From Eledone cirrhosa (taxonomy: Eukaryota): a stretch of 64,000 bases of DNA. A model generated the notes under the pieces. The model was not told the DNA's origin. It did no database searches and saw nothing but the letters and a program-made list of their open reading frames with translations. Position 1 is the stretch's first letter; each line of letters starts with the position of its first letter. The position numbers were made by a program, and so were the translations under genes. The stretch lies in the NCBI GenBank assembly GCA_964016885.1, contig OZ024742.1:209870001-209934000 (forward strand). Reading direction: 5' to 3'. This document shows positions 28,678 through 43,899 of the stretch, in pieces.

Positions 28678-29227
28678 TAAATAATTGTTTCTACTTTAGG
28701 CACAAGGCCAGCAATTACCCAGTGCATTACTGGTACTTTATTTTATCGACCCCGTAAGGATGAAAGGCAAAGTCAACCTCGGCGGGATTTGAACTCAGAT
28801 CGTAAAGGGACGTAACTATGCTGGAAAGCATGGCGTCCGACCCTCTACCGATACTGCCAATAAATAATTGTTTCTACTTTAGGCACAAGGCCAGCAATTA
28901 CCCAGTGCATTACTGGTACTTTATTTTATCGACCCCGTAAGGATGAAAGGCAAAGTCAACCTCGGTGGGATTTGAACTCAGATCGTAAAGGGACGTAACT
29001 ATGCTGGAAAGCATGGCGTCCGACCCTCTACCGATACTGCCAATAAATAATTGTTTCTACTTTAGGCACAAGGCCAGCAATTACCCAGTGCATTACTGGT
29101 ACTTTATTTTATCGACCCCGTAAGGATGAAAGGCAAAGTCAACCTCGGCGGGATTTGAACTCAGATCGTAAAGGGACGTAACTATGCTGGAAAGCATGGC
29201 GTCCGACCCTCTACCGATACTGCCAAT
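28678..29227 (-). repeat. Head-to-tail triplet of a 183-bp SINE unit
   Basis: Units start at 28678, 28861 and 29044; only one substitution noticed. Confidence 0.92.
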
Positions 29228-30167
29228 CCTGCCAATAAATAATGATAAATAATACTTAGGGGAGGAAGAAGCAGAAGTATTGTGAATGTAAGAGAGACGA
29301 GTAGGTGGAAAGTAATATGGGGATTAATAGTTGACCAGGTCATATCAGGTGTTTGATCAGGATAGAGATGTGTGTGAAGGCTTGCATCGTGAAGGATTTT
29401 GTGTGCAAGTGAGAAAAAATGGTCTTCCATTCTATTCTGCCTACTGCATACGCACCCTCATGCAGAAAATTATACACTCTACACCTCTCTTCACTTTACC
29501 CCATTGGCGAGAATGGCAACGTAGTGATTATGAATTATCGCTGTTTTGATTTTTTTCTGGCAAACGTTATAGTCATCACAGCCTCCATCCCAACCCGAAA
29601 AAAAGGTAGACGCCATAAATGCTCCCCTTATATAGTTGCAAATTGACAGGTACGAAAGGTAGGGAGAATTCCCTATTGTTGATTTTTCTGTGGAGGAATT
29701 ACTTGGTGTAATGGTTAGTGTTGGATTTGGGGATAGGTGGAGAAAGTATGAGTAACGAGAGAAGGAAACACTATGTGATGTAGCTCAAGACCAGTCAGAT
29801 ACGTGAAGCAGAGACCTCTGTAGTAGCGTTAGAAGACAGCATGTTTGGAGGTCAGAGGTTGTGGAGTGACCATATGCCTATCACTCGAGCAGACTAAAAT
29901 GCTCTTGAGTGAAACAGCAACATTTCACAGATATGGGAACAGAATGTCTCACCTGTATTTTGTTGATAGTTGTTAGTCATCAAATATAATTTAATGTTTA
30001 AAAAAAAAGAATTTTTCTCAGGCTGCTGAATGTACGGAAGTAATAAACACCTCTTTTGCGCCAAAAATGAAGTTGCCTGTGGGGATATGTTATCACGTAT
30101 CTGATGATAAGGATTCCAAAACTACAAATAAAACATACTATATTATTTTGACATACGATATCTGATC

Positions 30168-30221
<54 letters not shown>

Positions 30222-30596
30222 TATGTGTGTATATTAAGAAACAGCTCGAAGTTTTACTTCAACATATTTTATTGATAATCACGCCTAACATCTGTTTCGC
30301 ATATGGCCAACTCGGAGTTTTAATCGATTACAATCAGTTTGATTCTGATTCTAATCTCCTAGAGTCGAGCTGCTTGTAACCGATTAATGTTCCAAGCTAG
30401 TCACGTTACATTTTACGCGTGATGACGAATAAAATACGTAGACTTCGATTTGACTGTCTTAATATAAAACTGCTTGCTATGCTAATAACAAACATATACC
30501 GGTATAAATCAATACATTTGATACTGAATATCCAATTCACGTTAACGCATTTAGTACAGAAATAGGCACCACCTGCAGTAATTAGCATTACTCCCC

Positions 30597-30924
30597 AGCT
30601 GGCTATAAGGGTAAAGGGTAAAGACCACCTTCGGTCAAGTGTGGCCATGGGGTTTGTAACTAGAAAGTTCCCCTCCGAGGCACAAGTCTGGTCAAGGCGA
30701 TTTGTGGCAGACAAGCAGTCGCCCATGAATACCAGTCTCCCCTCTCCACGCCACCGATGTTGTTCAAGGGCCAATACAGCTTGGCACCAGTAACGTCGTA
30801 ACTCATTTCTACAGCTGAGTAAACTGGAGCAACGTGAAATAAAGTGTCTTGCTCAACCGGTCTCAAAATCAACACACAGCATCCCGATTGCATTCACAAC
30901 GCTCTAACCACTAAGCCATGCGCC
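30597..30924 (-). mobile_element. tRNA-derived SINE, second family
   Basis: Minus strand starts GGCGCATGGCTTAGTGGTTAGAGCG (A-box); conserved-domain-like TTGAGCAAGACACTTTATTTCACGTTGCTCCAG. Confidence 0.75.
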
Positions 30925-30942
30925 TTCACACACACGCGCGCA

Positions 30943-31010
<68 letters not shown>

Positions 31011-31057
31011 TCACACACTCTCACACACACACACACACACACGCACTCACACACTCT

Positions 31058-31101
<44 letters not shown>

Positions 31102-31296
31102 GTGAGAAACTTAAAACGTTAGGGGTTTCTTTACAAATCACGTATTACATGGAAAAACAAAAGTAGGGTTTGAAAAATGTACTGACTGGCCTATATTAAT
31201 GTACCAAGTAGATTTATGATTATTTATATATTTATTAAGTTGTAATAAAATGAAAACGAAATTTCATTTCTCACTCTTAGTATGGCACTTACTTAA

Positions 31297-31525
31297 ATGT
31301 AAGTATGTATGTATACGTACATACATATATGTATACAGACGTACAGTAGCATGCACATATATATATATATATATACATACAGGTACACATACATATATGT
31401 ACGTATCAGTTTAGCGGACGCTTATTATAACGCCCGCTTTGTTCGTTTGTAAACAAACTGAACAAAGCGGGCGTTATAATAAGCGTCCGCTAAACTGATA
31501 CGTACATATATGTATGTGTACCTGT

Positions 31526-31566
<41 letters not shown>

Positions 31567-31623
31567 CATGCTACTGTACGTCTGTATACATATATGTATG
31601 TACGTATACATACATACTTACAT
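31297..31623. repeat. Palindrome (~150-bp arms) of a dispersed repeat family
   Basis: ...agcggacgcttattataacgcccgctttgttc / gaacaaagcgggcgttataataagcgtccgct...; related to 43900-44520. Confidence 0.85.
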
Positions 31624-32369
31624 ATATATTTATTTATTTCCTTTAACCAGTTTCAGCTGTTTACAGCCTTTTTTAAAGGTTTTCGATATAATCTTCAGAA
31701 AAAATATGTTTTTTCGTTTATGTTTATCTTACGTGGCTGGTCGCTTGACTTCTTGTGGAGTACAAGAGACGCAACTGGTTTTATCTTTGTCGTTTATATC
31801 GAGGAGAATATGGTTCGTCACAAGGGACGTAATTCACCTTGTTTATGTCTTTTGTATGTGTAAAAGTAGGCTTTTGGTTTGAATTTACTTGAGAAAAATC
31901 TTTCCTTACCAATCCGTTTTTCCTAAGTAAAGTTTTCACTACACTGGTAGAACGGGAGGACATCGAAATTTGACAGAATTCGTCCTCCACATTCCTTTAT
32001 ATGTTGGCTCATAGTATCTTTCTGGTGTGTGGCTCCCTGATTTGTTGATGATATTGATCATTCTCCTCTGGTAAACATCTGTAGAAGGCCTTGTCTTGAT
32101 CCACATTTTTGTCGTCCTTTCAGGTACATAATACTCTTGTGTGAAATGTGTCACATGTCTAACATATAGAGTATCATCTTCACACTTAAGTAAATATGTT
32201 TATTGATTTGCAGCAAACATGTAAAAATGTATTACAACCAAAATGCTCATATACCAAAGAAACAAAGATTTATAACCAAATATTTACATGAGTTTATGTA
32301 TGAACAGATGTGAATACATAAATACGTAAATACATACATCTATGTATATATAATATATGTATATATGTA

Positions 32370-32452
<83 letters not shown>

Positions 32453-32459
32453 TGTATAC

Positions 32460-32534
<75 letters not shown>

Positions 32535-32541
32535 TGTATAC

Positions 32542-32606
<65 letters not shown>

Positions 32607-32613
32607 TGTATAC

Positions 32614-32660
<47 letters not shown>

Positions 32661-33562
32661 TGTATACATACATACACTTGCGCGCCTACACAAACGTAAA
32701 TGATATGCATATGTATATGAAGGATGGGTGCGTGTGTGTTGAATATTGCTAACTGTGTTTACATCATACATGTACAAAAAACGAAAGCTATTTTCGTAAT
32801 AAAAACATTACAAAATTATTTATGAAGTGTTCGTGAAAATATTTTGATTAATTTAATATTCATATTTAAATAACATGTGAATTGAATTATTATATTTGTT
32901 TTCTAGATATGTGTGTCTTGTTTTGATAATCATGTCCGTTATTGAGAAAATATAAAGATATGTGATATGCTTATAATATTTCATCAATCGAATCATTTTC
33001 GTTCAGTACATAATTTATTGATTTTATTTGCTCTATACATATCTGACGTTGATATGAAGTTTCTATGCTATATTCATAAGCATTCTCATTTGTTATGATG
33101 CATGTCATCGTGTTGTGTTGATTGTCATCTCACATATTGTCTGCACAAATGTGCAGACAGGTATATCATCTCTTATATCTCATATGTTTATTCATTTGTA
33201 TATCCGTAGCTGATATGTATATCTGCATCTCATCCAATAGATCTAATTCATTTGCCCTGTTGATATGCATATCACATCAGCAGCATTGCATAATTTTCTG
33301 TTAGATATATGAAATTAAATTCTCCCATTATATATGGTCGTTGCCTCAACATAGAAGACTTTATTTGTATGTGATGTATTAGGGAGAAAGCAGCTTGGAG
33401 GAAGACATCCGACAAGGGAAAATTGATTTCGATAGGAAATTGCAGGTATACAGAGTACATGAAGTGTGTAGCTCAATTCGGAATGAAATATGCTTCAGAG
33501 GCTCGGCTCACTGCACGCTTACCACAAATACTCTATGAAATTTGCAACATACTTTCTATTAC

Positions 33563-33650
<88 letters not shown>

Positions 33651-34046
33651 TATATATAGATATATATATATATACATATATACATATATGTGTGTGTATA
33701 TGTGTGTGTGTGTGTTAGATGTATATTCATGTTTCTAAGTCTGAAGTGTTATATTTTATCGTTGCTATATCTGAAACTGATAATATTAGCAAATATTTAC
33801 GGCGTTTGGAATTTACATTAGATCAATAAAATTTACTGCAATCGATTATAAACTTGTACAAAGTATAAGGGTTATGTGCCTAGTTAAAAGCAATGAACAT
33901 GTATTTTTGTTAGAACGCCCTGTAGTAAGAGTCGGATATGCATATAGTGTTGATTCTTTGTTGAGAGGTAATCCATTTTATTAGTATTAAATTTGAAAAG
34001 GTATCAACTGTACAAAATCTTTACTCTACCAAAATATAGAATCAAC

Positions 34047-34265
34047 AATAATGGTTTCTGGTTTAGGTGCAGGGGCAACAATTAGAGGTGAGGAGAATGT
34101 CGATTAAATCGACTCCAGTGACGTTACTGGTACTTTATTTTATCGACCCTGTAAGAATGAAAGGCAAAGCTAACATCAGCGGGATTTGAACTCAGAACGT
34201 AAAAGGACGTAACTATATACCACAAATCATGCTGTCCGACGCTAAAATGATTCTGCCAATCCACT
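34047..34265 (-). mobile_element. Diverged Nin-type SINE
   Basis: tactggtactttattttatcgaccc...gaaaggcaaag...gggatttgaactcag. Confidence 0.75.
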
Positions 34266-34859
34266 GCCCTAATTATAATAAAAAATAATATGAATATTTC
34301 TATGTCACCTGAATTTAGCACTAATCTAATTGAAAAATACTGTCATTAATTAATTAATTGTGGACTTTCATAATGTGTAACTTCTGAACGCTGATATCAA
34401 AAGAAAGTCAATATTACCAAATTAATGAATCTCAGTATAATTTAATTGTATAATATACAAATTATTTAATTAAAAGTAAGGTATATTTATAAAACAAATT
34501 AGGAAATCTTCAACCATCTCATTATGACCACTTTCCACGGTCAAATTAATTTTCAGTTTAACTCAATACCTTGCAATCATTTAAAAATGATTATAAGGAA
34601 AGAAGATAACAGATAGAAACAACCAGCCAGAGAGAAAAACAAATGGAGATAATAGGGGAAGAATTGCTTTACTAAATTTTACCTGTTTCGAGTTGAGTCA
34701 GCATACATATTCATAAGCTGTGTTCTTCCCACACATATTTTCGAGAAAAACATGAACATTCCACAATCTTCTTTTCATCTCTCTCTTTATATATATGAGT
34801 ATACATACACACACACACACATAAATACACACACACACAAATACACACACACACACACG

Positions 34860-34899
<40 letters not shown>

Positions 34900-35454
34900 G
34901 TATTTACATAAGTATAACTTTATATATATATATATATATATGAGTGTGTGTGGATACACGCATGTATCTAATTTAAAAATCAATATCTCATCAGAAAAAC
35001 TACCTCTAATTCTGTTGAGAACAATGCCTAAAATATGCGACATAAAAAGGCGAAGTGACGAGGAAAGGACGACGGAAAAAGCAAGTAGAGGTGAAAAATA
35101 AACAAAACGAAAGAGAATTTTCATATCAATTTAATGGAATTCACAAAAAAGGATCGTATTAATGTTCCATGCTTCCTATTTGACATTTATTCTTTCTGGT
35201 GATTGGTTTAAAATTGTAATGATAATGTAATATTTTGTAAAATTCAAGGTAGGTGTTATGTACAAAGAAAATATGATTGAAAAATTTAATCTACAGAAGA
35301 ATTTTCGATTAATAATTGAAAACTACCTGAATGAATAAACATGAACATATACTTTGAATTAATAGAAACACACACACACACCACATATATGTGTGTATAT
35401 ATATGTATATATATATATATACATATATACATATATATATATATATACATATAT

Positions 35455-35518
<64 letters not shown>

Positions 35519-37987
35519 TTGGATGGATAAAAGTGCATATCTCTGTATATTTGTGTACATGGATTTAAATACACGTGTATGTGTGTCTATTGTGCGTATG
35601 AGTATGCGAATGTATATTTTCAAATGTTCTAGGTTTTCAACGATGGAAAACGAAAGAGGAAAAGCGTACATATATATGTGTGCGTATGTGTGTTTATGTG
35701 CATGCATTTATATATATGTGTGTGTGTTTGTTTATAAGTGTGTGCGTATATGTGTGTGTGTGTATGTGTCGGAGGAGGGGTGCATGTGTGTATGTGTGTA
35801 TGTATATATCTGCTATGAAAAGTTTGAATGTAAAACTATTAGAAATAGGCAATGGAGCAAAGTGTCCGCGTAATATATCACCGATAAAGAATAACTGTCG
35901 CAGAATGTTTGCGTAAACTACTATCGGATGTACTGTACTGGGGCAATATTTTAAAATGCATGTCAAAAGATAGATGACCATCAACCTCGGAGCTAGAATA
36001 GAAAGAAGAATGGAAATTAAATACGCCAAACGAAGAAAATTTGGAATATTTAACGCAAACTCCCTCTGAGGCCATCTAAATGTTTCGGTGAATATTCCCT
36101 TTGTCAGATACTGTTGAACTAAAAAGAGATTCCGGTTTATCAACACAATATATAGCAGCTGCACTAGTGCTTTACATTACACCTTACATAAAAAATACCT
36201 ACATTATCACCACACACCTCTCCAACAAATTGCACACTATCTTAAATGTTTATAACAAATATAACATGCTTTAACACCCCACACAAAATATGTTTATTTC
36301 AACTGCATTATAACTCTTTCCTCATACATGCATTATTGACTGTATTGACTCCTGCATTGTACACCAATTCGCCTTGCTTATAACTTCTCTCCCTATGTTT
36401 TTTGCTTGTGCTTTTTGCATTTACTTAGACTTATTACACTTCCAACCAGTGCTGCCTGTAATTGTTTTATTTCAAGCGGAACATCTTTTTAACTCCTGAA
36501 TCTCCACATGATGCCTTTGACACTAATAACAACAATGTACCCTCAAATGTTCTAAATGACTAGGATTCTAGTTACACGTTTACGACATTCCTTATGCTCC
36601 GATGATTCCAGACTTCCCTCTGGAAGAAACAATTGTCAGCTGATAAATGTTCTAAACTAAAATTTGATCGTTTTAACACTTTGTATCTCGGCTCTGTAAA
36701 ACACTTGAAAATTTGCATTGAGCCTTTTGTCATACCGGTAACAGGCTAGTACTTAGTACTACGCTACATATTTATAGTTATATCAAACATATATAAATAT
36801 AAATATAAATATTACTATATATATATATACATATATATATATATAGAGAGAGAGAGAGGGGGGGTGAAGGAAGAGGGGGTTAAAGGGGGAATAACGATGG
36901 GGAAGAGCCGGAGGGAGAGCGGAAAAGAAAGAAAGAAAGAAATATTGGAGTGGGAGAGTAAGAGAGTTTTGGATACATTTTGCTGAACACAAACCAAAAG
37001 AATGCAATAGGAAACCAAACTTCTGAGAATAACGTTATTTTGTTTATGATAAATAAATATAACTAAAAATATATATAAAATTATAGAAAGTAAAAGAAAC
37101 ACTTTCTCTTCATCAATGAGTGAGTCGTTGTACAAAGTTCATATAGAAAAAAAAAACGCGTTTAGTTTCTAAGCGATAATATTTCATTAATAACATTTTG
37201 ATATTATTGAATGCCTCCTCGATTTTAAATGTACTGACTTTTCAAATGAACGTTCCAAAGACTGCGTACAGAATCATATAAATATATCAATACAGTCCTT
37301 TGATTTTTAGGCTCATTGGGAAAAGGGAAAAAAGAGAAAACTCATATAATTCTAGTCTCTCTGGTAAGTGTTTCGCATTGTCTAAACATAAATCATGAGT
37401 GAGTTCTTGATACCCTTCCCCCTTCTAAGCATAATTTTGAATTTGGCATGTCTGTCTTTGCAAGTATGGTGTGCTATATTTTATCCGTCTTCTAATCTCA
37501 CTCAGCAGACGTCCTTCTCTGTTTCCGTTTCTTTCGCTTAGTCACTCTCAATCTCTCTCTCTCTCACTCACTCTCACTATCTCTCACTCCCTCTCTCTCT
37601 CACTCTCTCTCTCCCTCTCCTCTCACTTAGTATTTTCCTGTCTCCCTTTCCTTCTACCCCTCTATTTCTCTCTCATCAAACGAGAGTAAAATAATCTTCC
37701 TCTCCCTTTGGGTCTCACGTTCTTTATATTCTTTTCTCTTTCACTTTTCTCTTTCACTCTCATTCTATCTCGTTCTCACTCATTCTTTAAAGCATTTGCT
37801 TTTCCGATTAGTGGTTAGGATTCTTGATTATAAATCTGGCGCCTCGGTGTCCATTTCCAACATGGAAATTCTATCAATTTTCATGACAGTAATTTTACAT
37901 GAGCCTAATATCTTAACTATAGCTACAGCTGCTGGTCACCTTTTCATCTATAGGGGTATTTTACCACCATCTTCCTGCTTTCAGGAT

Positions 37988-38025
<38 letters not shown>

Positions 38026-38035
38026 CGTCTTAAAT

Positions 38036-38210
38036 GAGTTGGGGTCCGACGGCTGAGCTATTGCTGTTTGAACATCTAGTTTCAGATTAACGAACAGGCA
38101 TACGATAAACTGGCCGTTTCGTCAGGGGCATGGAGACGCCGTAAGCGTTTTGGATAACAATCTGGAACTAACTATTGAAACGGAAATAGCTCAGCCATAG
38201 GGCCCCGACT
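38036..38210. mobile_element. MITE-like imperfect fold-back
   Basis: TIR-like gagttggggtccgacggctgagctatt / aatagctcagccatagggccccgactc. Confidence 0.6.
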
Positions 38211-38393
38211 CTTTCTAATACAACCAAGTTCCAAATATCGAGTACTCTGTTGAGCAAGGGTCTAACTAGTTTAAAACTTGTTCTACCTGATATATATATA
38301 TAGATATATATATATATATATACAAACAGGTCTAACCTTCATCACAAAATCCTCTCTATTCATATCAAGAAGAAGAAGAAGATGAAGAAGAAG

Positions 38394-38548
38394 AAGATCG
38401 GCTGAAAAGTTCGTAGGCTGTCAACTGACGCTGGAAAAAAACAATGCATTTATATTAATCAGAACAGTTGAAATTAATGCATAGGAGATTTCACAGCCTT
38501 AGCATCACTGCTTCATAGTCAGCCTATGAACTTTTCAGCTCACTCTTA
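38394..38548. mobile_element. Tc1/mariner-like MITE
   Basis: TIRs gctgaaaagttcgtaggctg / cagcctatgaacttttcagc, TA at the right end. Confidence 0.6.
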
Positions 38549-39555
38549 TATATATATACATATATATATACATACATACATGTTTATCTATAAGTGTGTG
38601 TGCATGTGTACGTGTGTAGGTGTATGCATATATTACCACACACAAATCATGTGGCTAAAAGGAAGATGAGGTATTTAACGCTATATTTCGTTCTTTTGTG
38701 TTATTCTTTTTTCTGATAATAAGCCAATTTGGCTTTCTATAAAGGACGGAAAACGGTGCCACGGACAGATAACTCTTTAACTCTTTATTTATCCACTCTT
38801 CCCCACTGCTGCCACCACTGCTACTACTTCCGCCACTATCTCACCTGATACTGCTGCTTCCGCCAGAAGACGAGACTACCTCTTTCCTGCCTGTCGCCGC
38901 CAACAATGGATGCGTTTTTCTAGTGTTTTCTTATTTTGGTTTGTTTTGTCTTGCTGTCTACCTACACGCATCACACCAACATAAATGTTGGTTCTGTTGA
39001 GCGGGCTAGCCTAAAATACATTATCTTTCCTTGCCGCACGAAATCATGTGGCTAGAAAGAAGCTGACGAGATACTTGAAGCTATAGTTCGTTTATGTTGT
39101 TCAACCTTGCTTTTCTCCCGTTATTCCATTATACGCTCTGTCACTTTCATTCCCTCTTTTCTTTCCGCTTATTTCTCTCTCTCTCTCTATCTATCTATCT
39201 ATCATTCTCTCTTCCTCTTTTATTTTCTCCTATCTCTCATGTGTTTTACTTGCTATTCCTTTCATTCTATCTCTCCCTCCTGACTTTTCTCTCTTCTTCT
39301 CTGACTGTTCTTCCGTTCATTAAGGGTTTTGTTTAACCAGTCTTTTTCTATGATAATCATAGCAGCCAGCTGTTTTACAGTTATTTCTGTGATCGAGTTC
39401 CCTAAAATGTTATTAAGTATTCACACACTCAACGCTCCAAATTATTTCATATCATGTTGTTTACATATATAACGCACGTGTTCACACATACACACCCACA
39501 CATATATGTATATATACGGCACGTGTACACACACACATATATATGTATACATATA

Positions 39556-39630
<75 letters not shown>

Positions 39631-40569
39631 GTGCCTTATATATTTACATATATACTTTTGTTTAAGTTCACATACATGCTTATATTTCAAATCTGTAAGC
39701 ATATATGTGTCATATATAGATAAAGAGAGAGGGAGATAATCATATTGCTAATGTGCTGCATACAAGTAAGGTAGCTGGGGTGGTGTGTAAATTTAATGTG
39801 AAGTTTTGATTTTTCGATTATATGATCTCTACTTTTCAAACTGTGTTATATCATGTATTAATAATTGAGTTGCGGCGAAAAACAATTTTTATTTTATTTC
39901 ATTTCATTTTTTAATTTTCGGCAGAAGAGATCAAAGCTAAACAAAAGATATATAAAAAGGAGAAGAAAAGATGCCTCCTACTAATTATGGATATCACATT
40001 TACACGTTATAAATATCTTTAAAAATATATGATATAAAACTGAAATAGTGAATTTGTAGGAAATAGGAGAGAAAAAGAATAAAAAAGAGAAAGGGATACG
40101 TAGAGACAGATAGAAACATGATATGAATAACAGTGGGAACGTAATATATAGAAAGTAAAAGAGTTCCTTCTCTTGTTTTCTTTCCCTTTTCCTGTTATGT
40201 ATTTATATATTTATTAAGTTATTTATTTAGTTTCGTACTCTAATATTTTATTATTATTATGCTAGAAGCAAATCTTATATGAATTGATGAATAAATTTTT
40301 GAAACTTCAAATCGAAAAGTTGATTGGAATTTTTGGTTTAATTCTTTATTTCCTAATATTTTTTTATGTTTGTTTATTCATTACTATTGCATATTGCTTT
40401 CTAAATGAACACATCACCCATGTTTAAAATTCGTGGCAACCATGTTTTAAATTGAGACCTTAGCAAAGCAAAGACTAATGCAATGTTTACAAGTTTTCCT
40501 GTTAATCTTTTCCTTTTGCCTGCAGGTATGACACGCCAGGATATCCCCAAAAAACAACGATGATTACTA

Positions 40570-40622
<53 letters not shown>

Positions 40623-41783
40623 GAAATGCCATGTAATATCACCCTCATGTGAAAATAAAAAAAAAGAAATATACATACAAAATAAGAACAAAAATGCTCT
40701 TGATAATTTCAGTGCAGTGTTTATGATTAATAGTTTACTGGCGTGGTTATTAAAACAAAACTTAAATATAAACAGGACAAAACATAGCAAGTAAATGGAT
40801 TGCATTCAAAATAGAGACGGAACGACACAGAGAAAGATACACACACACATGGACGAAATGCAAGGCAAACCTCGATGGGGGGATTTGAGCTCTGAAAGTA
40901 AAGAAACGTAAATATATTCCACATAGCATGTTGTCCGTCGCTCTATCGTTACTGTCAACCCCTTTTATTGAGTTATAATAATTTCTAGCATAAACATAAT
41001 GCCACGATTTTGTGACAAAAATATATTTACTGTATTTATCCATTTATCCAATACTTAAATGTTGAATGAGCTAGTATATTTAATGCAGTAAACCAAAAGA
41101 AAACTTTTGAAAAGTAATATTGCACCTAATGTAAAAAGGAAAAATTGTAGGTGTTAATGATATTTCTGATTAAAAACAACTCTGAATATGAAATGAATTA
41201 AATAGGGGGGGGGGGTATGAAATGTGAAGGGATTCTGATCACTGATAAGTCGGATAACAATCCCCTGTATATTTCGATATCATTAGAACTTCCCATCAAA
41301 GCGAACAGCTAGTTCACTGCAAAACATAAACGTAATGTCCTTTTTTTTGTATATGAAGAGATTAATAAAATGTTTTCACATTTGTTTACATTTTCACAGC
41401 GAAACATTGTAAACTGTAGTTTTATATTTTACCTCATGTTGTGTATAGATAGTTACGTCACCGGAGATTGCACATTTATTTTTTCATCTACTTAGTTGTA
41501 AACCTTCCCATTGCCTACGCGCGTGGTGTGTGCACGTGTGTGTGTGTGTGTATTTGTGTGTACATAATAAAAGTGTTCTAACACCGAAATATAATAAAAT
41601 GTAAGGTAAAACCAATTGTTTTGGTTCGTCCTTACTCTATTTTAGTTTCATCAGTGTATTTGCTATTTTCTCAAACAATCATATCCTAACCACACACACA
41701 CATATATGTATATATATAATGAAAACATAACCCCTTTTTCTGTTTTCTTCTCTATATACTGTATTATGTATACACACACACAT

Positions 41784-41865
<82 letters not shown>

Positions 41866-41869
<4 letters not shown>

Positions 41870-42342
41870 TATAAATCATGTCTTTAGAATCATCAGATAA
41901 AATATATACTATTTCTTCTTCTAATTAGCATAATTAACCATATAAAAAATTAATTAGATCAAGCTATAAGAAGAAAGGCTCTTATGGAGAAATCTCCGAC
42001 AAATAACCGAACGTAGCCTCTTAGCGGTGGCCCCAATCGAGTATTTATCCAACATTTCGTACAAATGCGTACATACCGTAATTATATCTCCTAAGTTTAA
42101 TTTTACACCTAATTGTGTATGGTTGATGATATATTTAGTCAGTTTCTACATGCTGTCGAAATGTTGGATAAATACTCGATTGGGGCCACCGCGAAGAGGT
42201 TACGTTCGGTTATTTGTCGGAGATTTCTCCATAAGAGCCTTCCTTCTTATAGCTTGATCTAATTGATTTTTTATATGGTTAATTATGCTAATTAGAAGAA
42301 GAAATAGTATATATTTTATCTGATGATTCTAAAGACATGATT
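41866..42342. repeat. Palindrome (~190-bp arms, ~95-nt spacer) of a pLTR-like family
   Basis: Near-perfect inverted arms; same family as 49795-50630. Confidence 0.88.
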
Positions 42343-42498
42343 TATAATATATTGCTCTGATTTTTTAATTTATTAATTCTTCATAGAGCTTAAAAGTGAC
42401 CAGTTGCAACATATATATATCTATAACTTTATGTATATGTTAACCTTTATATATGTATATATATATATTTATATATATATATATATGTATATATATAC

Positions 42499-42544
<46 letters not shown>

Positions 42545-42684
42545 CCAAAGATTCGTATGGTTCGTTGATTACTCAATGAATACAATTTTACCACAGATAA
42601 GAAGCACTCAACAGTAAAGGTTTTCTGGAGTTTTTAATATTATTCAAAATATTAACAAATGAAAAATATTCTCATAATCAAAAT

Positions 42685-42750
42685 ATATACTTTATATATA
42701 TTTCAAAGGTACTGTGTTGTTTTTCAGTACGTCCTCATCAGACAAAATAT
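42685..42750 (-). ncRNA. Hammerhead motif with degraded stem I
   Basis: CTGATGA-ggacgtactg...cagtaccttt-GAAA-tatata-TA; homolog of 2247-2313. Confidence 0.55.
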
Positions 42751-43063
42751 ATGATTTGATATATGACATACCGCTACGGTCTTGATTATTCAATTCCAGT
42801 ATTGGCGGTGATTTATTTCAACAAATCTCAACGTTTATATACCACAAATAATATGATAAACTTAAAGAAGAATAAAGTTCTTTACACCCTCTCTTATATC
42901 TCTAATTTGCTCTACGTCCTTTTCTTCTTTAAGTTTCTTCTTTAAAAAAAATAGGCATATCGCACAGCGTCATCCCAGTGGCGTGAATAGGATTATCGAC
43001 AGCTAGAAATAGCAGCCGAGTCCATTCAACTAAATTAGCTCAACAATCAAGGGGCCTTATATA

Positions 43064-43877
43064 TATCCAAAATTAAATTAAGGGTTGTCATGCGCCATAT
43101 CCACTGTAGAATAAGCTCAAAGATTCCAATGAATAGATCCGAGCATTACATATCAACTAGAATTAGATTGACATATATATATATATATAAAATAAATACA
43201 TGGAACAATCACAGGGAATAATTTGTAAAGAATGTAAGCACACATAGCTAGGTAGGTAACTAATTAAAGTTTAACTAGAACTTCAAATATAGATACCTTT
43301 TAAAATAATTAATCTCCTTTGTATATATTTCTTTAAGTAAGAAATATATTTCACCAATTAATCAGTAAATCACAGTAGTCAATTCCTGGATGGTCACCAA
43401 AAGAGAAGAAAATAGCTATTTGCGTTTACAAAGCAAATGCAAATCTGTGAATGACTCGAACCACGTGTTGCATTTCGAGTCATTCACAGATTTGCATTTG
43501 CTTTGTAAACGCAGATAGTTATTTTCTTCTCCTTTGGTGACCATCCAGGAATTGACTACTGTGATTTACTGATTAATTGGTGAAATATATTTCTTACTTA
43601 AAGAAATATATACAAAGGAGATTAATTATTTTAAAAGGTATCTATATTTGAGGTTCTAGTTAAACTTTAATTCGTTACCTACCTAGCTATGTGTGCTTAC
43701 ATTCTTTACAAATTATTCCCTGTGATTGTTCCATGTATTTATTTTATATATATATGTCAATCTATTTCTAGTTGATATGTAATGCTCGGATCTATTCATT
43801 GGAATCTTTGAGCTTATTCTACAGTGGATATGGCGCATCTTTCTCAGACATGACAACCCTTAATTTAATTTTGGATA
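43064..43877. repeat. Long palindrome (~400-bp arms, 13-nt loop)
   Basis: Centre gaatgactcgaa-ccacgtgttgcat-ttcgagtcattc; arms pair out to tccaaaattaaattaagggttgtcatg. Confidence 0.92.
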
Positions 43878-43899
43878 CATACAAATATATATATATATA

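Noticed and set aside
28678-29227. CRISPR-like array
   Set aside because: Units are contiguous with no unique spacers, the unit is a SINE, and the context is eukaryotic.
31669-31704. Minimal hammerhead on the minus strand
   Set aside because: Stem II cannot form and stem I is only poly-T/poly-A.
31909-32158. Host exon on the minus strand
   Set aside because: Splice-like sites flank it, but the longer frame stops before the donor and the peptide is unrecognised.
42312-42400. Hammerhead at CTGATGA (42320)
   Set aside because: No downstream GAAA/stem III, and the homologous copies at 49.8 and 50.5 kb lack the core.
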